IMG/VR virus record: IMGVR_UViG_3300008448_000066
Span: 4,804-68,803 of that record
Reading direction: 5' to 3' (one strand)
DNA length: 64,000 nucleotides
Source of the DNA: a virus
The notes beneath the pieces are model-generated. The model saw nothing but the letters and a program-made list of their open reading frames with translations. It was not told the origin of the DNA and did no database searches. Position 1 is the stretch's first letter. Each line of letters begins with the position of its first letter. Position numbers and translations under genes: made by a program. Below, piece after piece: positions 59,541 to 64,000 of the stretch.

Positions 59541-59899
59541 CAGATTTAGAAGAAAGAATAAAAAAAAGAGAGCCAGAAGTAGAATCACTTGATCCAAATA
59601 GGAACGGAAGATTAGACCCAACAGAAGCAATTGCCTTTATAAATAATGATCAAAGAAAATCAGAAAAAACAAAAATATTTAATATGGCAGATACATTTCC
59701 AATGGGTTATTGGTATTTAATTAATCCTTGGATTGAAAGCGTAGAGACAGGAAATTATGATTATGGATCAGATGATTTACAAGAATACACTCTTGTAATA
59801 GGCTATGATTCAGCTAAATATTTTTCTCTTATTAATACACCAGAAGGTGATCAAGTAAATAAAGAGTTACTTAAATTAAGACAACAAACACAGACATAA
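59537..59899 (+). CDS. Second tail tube-like protein, C-terminal part (-1 frame, open from 59528)
   Basis: ITDLEERIKKREPE...GYWYLINPWIESVETGNYDYGSDDLQEYTLVIGYDSAKY matches the tube C-terminus; ATG 59684 has no SD. Confidence 0.65.
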   Translation: MTDLEERIKKREPEVESLDPNRNGRLDPTEAIAFINNDQRKSEKTKIFNMADTFPMGYWYLINPWIESVETGNYDYGSDDLQEYTLVIGYDSAKYFSLINTPEGDQVNKELLKLRQQTQT

Positions 59900-59913
59900 A
59901 CTAAGAGGTAATA

Positions 59914-60792
59914 ATGCGTAGAAATGAAGATAGGATGGGTGCGGAATTTGATCAAGACCCTCCAATGGATCAAGTTGCTAATGACACACAAGCAACAGAA
60001 CAACATAAACCACTCTCATTCGTTGTACCAACAGAGATAGTTGATTTACCATCAAAAGGTCTGTTGTATCCAGAAACACACCCTCTACACAATATAGAAA
60101 GTGTAGAAATACGTCATATGACAGCAAAGGAAGAAGATACTTTAAGCTCTCGTTCTTTGCTTAAAAAAGGTATTGCAATTGATAGAATGATTTCTGATAT
60201 TTTAATTAATAAAAATATTAAAGTAGAAAACATGCTTATTGGTGATAAGAATGCATTAGTAGTGGCAGCAAGAATCAGCGGCTATGGACCAGAGTATACT
60301 ACAAAAGTAACTTGTCCTTCTTGTAATGCTTCTCAAGAATTTGAGTTTGATCTAACAAACCAAATGATATCATACCCACTACCAGATGATAAACTACAAG
60401 AAATAGGAATTAAAAAAACTTTAAATAATACTTTTATTATTTCTTTATGGAAAGGTAAAGCAGAAGTTGAAATTAAATTAATGACTGGTAAAGATGAATT
60501 AGTTTTGTTTGAAAAAATGCAAAAAAATCAAAAATCTACTGGACAAGCAGAAGCTTCTCTTACAGATCAACTAAAATTAATGATTCGTTCCGTCAATGGT
60601 TCAAGTGATGTACAGGTTATAAATCAATTTGTCAATTCATTACCAATTGTTGAATCACGTAAATTAAGAAACATATACAAGCAGCTGACACCATCAGTTG
60701 AATTAATAAACACATTTACTTGTAATTTCTGTGAATTTGAAACGGATATGGAGGTTCCGTTCTCCCAAGACTTTTTTTGGCCTAAATCATAA
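59914..60792 (+). CDS. Baseplate hub assembly protein/tail assembly chaperone (T4 gp26-like)
   Basis: VDLPSKG..Y, MTAKEED.L, GDKNAL...ARI.GYG..Y, CPSC and CNFC zinc pairs; ends VPFSQDFFWPKS. Confidence 0.8.
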   Translation: MRRNEDRMGAEFDQDPPMDQVANDTQATEQHKPLSFVVPTEIVDLPSKGLLYPETHPLHNIESVEIRHMTAKEEDTLSSRSLLKKGIAIDRMISDILINKNIKVENMLIGDKNALVVAARISGYGPEYTTKVTCPSCNASQEFEFDLTNQMISYPLPDDKLQEIGIKKTLNNTFIISLWKGKAEVEIKLMTGKDELVLFEKMQKNQKSTGQAEASLTDQLKLMIRSVNGSSDVQVINQFVNSLPIVESRKLRNIYKQLTPSVELINTFTCNFCEFETDMEVPFSQDFFWPKS

Positions 60793-60796
60793 GTAT

Positions 60797-60961
60797 ATGG
60801 AAGGTGTTTATGAACAGTTCTTTGTTCTTAAACACCACGGAGGGTGGAGTTTCATAGAAGCATACAATCTTCCAATAGGTCTTAGAAACTGGTTTGTTCA
60901 AAGATTGGCAAAACACTTTGAAAAAGAAAAAGAAGAAATGGACAAAGCAACGAGGAAGTAA
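60797..60961 (+). CDS. Small baseplate hub assembly protein (gp51-like), possibly made as a frameshift extension of the upstream gene
   Basis: YEQFFVLKHHGGWSFIEAYNLPIGLRNWFVQRL; the frame is open across the upstream T7 run and there is no SD before ATG 60797. Confidence 0.7.
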   Translation: MEGVYEQFFVLKHHGGWSFIEAYNLPIGLRNWFVQRLAKHFEKEKEEMDKATRK

Positions 60962-60995
60962 CGCTAGTTTAAAAGAACTAGCGTTCTTTTCGTTT
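60960..60995 (+). terminator. Rho-independent terminator
   Basis: AACGCTAGTTT-aaaa-GAACTAGCGTT followed by CTTTTCGTTTT. Confidence 0.75.
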
Positions 60996-61023
60996 TATAA
61001 ACTATTTAATTTGAGGTATTGTT

Positions 61024-61350
61024 ATGAAGGCTGATGATATTGTTCCTATTCATATTGACTTGAATAGCCCAAATAAATTAACAGAATCGTGGTTATTTGC
61101 TTTTGGTTCTATGATTAAGCTTGTTCTTAAACAAATGTTTGGACAAGATGTTTTTCTTCCAGTATCTATTACAGGAACAAGCGATCAAATAGAGTCTTTT
61201 GCAAGAGCATTAGCTGGGGAAAAAAGATATTTTGAATCTTATGTCAAACATGGTTTAAACGATCCAAGAACCCATGAAGACAGATATAAGCTTGAAGTTG
61301 CTGTTAATAAGTTTGAACGCGATACGGGCATTAAATGGCCTTACAAATAA
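61024..61350 (+). CDS. Hypothetical protein preceding the tape measure gene
   Basis: CTATTTA and GAGG SD; KLTESWL...EKRY...GLNDPRT...FERDTGIKWP. Confidence 0.7.
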   Translation: MKADDIVPIHIDLNSPNKLTESWLFAFGSMIKLVLKQMFGQDVFLPVSITGTSDQIESFARALAGEKRYFESYVKHGLNDPRTHEDRYKLEVAVNKFERDTGIKWPYK

Positions 61351-61364
61351 GGAATATTTATTAA

Positions 61365-64000
61365 ATGGCAGGTCGTACTCCCGAAGAAACACAAGCACTA
61401 CTTGATAGAAACAAAGAGCTTGTAGATATATTAGAAAAACAAAATCTTACACAAGATAAAATTGTTGACATTCTTACCCGTGTTGAAGAAGCCGAAGCTC
61501 GTCGTCTTGCTAATGATGCTAAACGTTTGAATAATCTTGAACAAGAATTAAAATTTCTCACGCTAATTGAATCAGCAGATGAAAAACGTAATGAAGCATA
61601 CGATTCAATGCTTGAATCGTTGTATGGTGTAAATTCAGTACTTGAAAAACAATTAGGTAATGCTAAACAGATATTAGATATAAAAATAGAAGAAGAAGAA
61701 AAATCTATTAAAGAAGCAATAAGAAATGGTGAAGATAAAGTAGCATTAGAAAACAAATTAAAAAATTTAAAAGATATTAAAGAAGCGCGCGAACGAATTG
61801 CAGACGCCGCTCGCGAAGAACAAAATGCGAATGAAAAAGGAAAAGAAGCTTTTTCCGCTATATTAAACAATCTTGGTATAAAAGCAAAAGACCAAAAATT
61901 AACATTAATTGAGTCTATTGCTGTTGGTGAAGTTAGTATAAAACAATTTAAGAAAGCTTATGAAGAAATGTTTTCTTTCAGAAACGCCGTAGCAGCATTG
62001 GGAGCAAAAATATTTGAATCCAGCTTGATGATGGCTAAATCAATGGATGAAGCAAGGGCTTCTGTTTATAAGCTATCTGGTGGTAATGAAGAATTGTCAA
62101 AACGAATTATGGGTATGACAGATGCGGCAAAAGACGCTCAAGTAGCAACGTCAGAACTTGGCGCAGCATATGCCTCATTGTTAAGAAATTCAAGTAATTT
62201 TAGTCAATTTACAGAAGGGCAACAAACACAATTATCTAAAACAGTAGCACAAATGCAAAAGCTTGGTGCAAACACCGATACAGTAACAAAAAATATATCT
62301 ACATTTACACAAGCACTAGGTATGACTCCATTGGTTGCTGATAATGCTTCAAAACAAATTGTACAATTATCTAATGTTTTAAACATTTCGCTTGAACAAG
62401 CATCTTCTGATTTTGCCTCTGTTTCTAACAACATGGTTGTATATGGACAACAAGCTGTTCAACAATTTAAACTACTTGCAAGTGAGTCAAAAGCTTTAGG
62501 CATATCGGTAAATGAATTGGTTGGAATTGTTAGTAAAGCAGATACTTTTCAAGGAGCCGCAGAACAAGCAGGTAGATTGAATGCTATGCTTGGTGGTGGT
62601 TTATTAAATTCATCACAGCTTTTAACAGCATCAGAAGGTGAAAGAATTAAAATGATTCGCAATGCTGTTATAGAATCTGGTCGTTCTTTTGATCAATTAA
62701 GTAAATATGAAAGAATAGCGATTGCAAATGCAGCTGGTATCAAAGATATGACGACAGCACAAAAATTGTTTAATCAAAACATTTCTGATTCTGACATAGA
62801 TTCTTATACAAATAAGATGAATTCTTTTGGCATGACGCAAGCAGAAATGGAAAAACATACACTAAACGCACAAACCGCTACAGAAAAAATAAGAATAACA
62901 ATGGAAAAATTTGCAATTGCAATGACGCCTATTATTAATTTTATTCACATGATTGTAGATGGTTTTAATAAAATGGGTTCTTTTGGAACTGGTGTGGTGT
63001 ACGTGTTGTTTGCTCTCATGGCGACTCTTAAAATATATAATTCAGTACAAGCATTAACAAATGGAATAGTGTCTGCTGGTAAATTGTTAAATTTAAGCTT
63101 TGCTCTGTCTGAAGATGCAGTAACAACTGCAAGCATGAGAATGAACAGAAGTATGATGATTATAGTCGGCGTATTACTTGCCATTGCTTTGGTTATGCAC
63201 ATGACAAGATCTCCACCATTTTATTTAATTTTCTTTACATTTGGTCTTTCAATTTTGTTTGCTAGTCAAATGGCAGAACAATCAAAGTCTAACCTCCTAG
63301 CAATGGCAGCATCATTGCTTATGATTGGTATTGGTGTACATTTAGCCGCTTCTGGTTTGGCTAAATTAGCAGATTCATTCTCTAAATTAAATCCAAATCA
63401 ATTAATGTATCTTTCTATTGTGATTGGTGTTCTCACAGTTGCATTGCTAGCAATGTTTGCTGGTTTAGGTATGTTGGTATATACAGGTCTTGGTTTAGCC
63501 GCTGCTGGTGTATTATTAGCGTTTGGTGCCGCTATGTTAATGGCTGGTGGGGGTGCTTTATTGTTTGGCGCAGGAATGTCAATGGTTGTTGACTCATTAG
63601 CCAACTTAACACAAAATGTACAAGGTCTGATATTACTACCAGCAGTATTATATGCCACAGCAGCTGCAATGTTAACATTTACAGCCGCCATGTTGTCATT
63701 GGTGCCTATATTATCTTTTGGCACAATACCGCTAATGGCATTTGTTGGTTTGATTTATCTACTTGGAAAAGCAATAGATAGTATAAGTCCAGAAAAATCT
63801 ATTGCAATTAAAACTACAGTCGATTCTATAAAAGAAATCACATTAGCTTCTAAAAATGTAGAAACAAAAGATTTACAAAATTTAGAAGGTATAGTAGAAC
63901 AAATTCATAAATTTAATGTTGAAGCTGCAATAAATAAAACCTTAAACATTACTGCACCTTTTAAGGAATTAATTGATGCTATTAGTGGTCAAACAGGGGC
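61365..64000 (+). CDS. Tape measure protein (3' truncated; not in the ORF track)
   Basis: ATG at 61365 (MAGRTPEETQALLDRNKEL...). The same frame reads coiled coil, DTFQGAAEQAGRLNAMLGG, a long hydrophobic Ala/Gly-rich stretch and ...PFKELIDAISGQTG at the window end. It follows the tube and chaperone genes. Confidence 0.85.
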   Translation, partial: MAGRTPEETQALLDRNKELVDILEKQNLTQDKIVDILTRVEEAEARRLANDAKRLNNLEQELKFLTLIESADEKRNEAYDSMLESLYGVNSVLEKQLGNAKQILDIKIEEEEKSIKEAIRNGEDKVALENKLKNLKDIKEARERIADAAREEQNANEKGKEAFSAILNNLGIKAKDQKLTLIESIAVGEVSIKQFKKAYEEMFSFRNAVAALGAKIFESSLMMAKSMDEARASVYKLSGGNEELSKRIMGMTDAAKDAQVATSELGAAYASLLRNSSNFSQFTEGQQTQLSKTVAQMQKLGANTDTVTKNISTFTQALGMTPLVADNASKQIVQLSNVLNISLEQASSDFASVSNNMVVYGQQAVQQFKLLASESKALGISVNELVGIVSKADTFQGAAEQAGRLNAMLGGGLLNSSQLLTASEGERIKMIRNAVIESGRSFDQLSKYERIAIANAAGIKDMTTAQKLFNQNISDSDIDSYTNKMNSFGMTQAEMEKHTLNAQTATEKIRITMEKFAIAMTPIINFIHMIVDGFNKMGSFGTGVVYVLFALMATLKIYNSVQALTNGIVSAGKLLNLSFALSEDAVTTASMRMNRSMMIIVGVLLAIALVMHMTRSPPFYLIFFTFGLSILFASQMAEQSKSNLLAMAASLLMIGIGVHLAASGLAKLADSFSKLNPNQLMYLSIVIGVLTVALLAMFAGLGMLVYTGLGLAAAGVLLAFGAAMLMAGGGALLFGAGMSMVVDSLANLTQNVQGLILLPAVLYATAAAMLTFTAAMLSLVPILSFGTIPLMAFVGLIYLLGKAIDSISPEKSIAIKTTVDSIKEITLASKNVETKDLQNLEGIVEQIHKFNVEAAINKTLNITAPFKELIDAISGQTG

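Noticed and set aside
3571-63724. Numerous short minus-strand and nested plus-strand ORFs in the track
   Set aside because: They lie antisense to or inside long, motif-bearing + strand genes and have no recognisable motifs, so they are treated as shadow ORFs.
1-64000. Alternative genetic code (stop-codon reassignment, seen in some large phages)
   Set aside because: Code 11 gives dense, full-length genes, and TAA, TAG and TGA all end genes at sensible positions.
1-64000. tRNA or other structured RNA genes
   Set aside because: Intergenic gaps are short and explained by terminators, promoters and SDs; no cloverleaf or T-loop signature was seen.

Overview
This 64-kb window comes from a large, AT-rich, T4-like (myovirus) bacteriophage genome. 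It uses the standard genetic code and essentially all genes lie on the + strand. It covers most of the virion morphogenesis region: a baseplate block with a 3738-aa protein (1-21747), a replication/recombination island (RuvC-like resolvase, J-domain protein, primase, kinase-like protein, Mre11-Rad50/SbcD-SbcC fusion), terminase, portal, prohead protease, phage-encoded ribosomal protein bS21, a cluster of modular fibre genes, scaffold, major capsid, neck, sheath, tubes, hub/chaperone genes and the start of the tape measure gene (absent from the supplied ORF track). The most notable observations are: (1) a family of unrelated proteins, including a kinase, that share an N-terminal 'ITKSRLKQIIKEE'-type leader, a candidate capsid-targeting/ejection system; (2) a CTA(T/A)TTA element before about 16 genes, a candidate late promoter; (3) two candidate ribosomal frameshifts in the tail module, at an A7 run in a tube paralog and a T7 run in the hub/chaperone pair; (4) pervasive [ST]-[GAS]-[ST] triplets in external virion proteins; (5) a shared docking-like domain on the neck protein and several fibres. 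All calls come from motif recognition by eye; no database searches were run.
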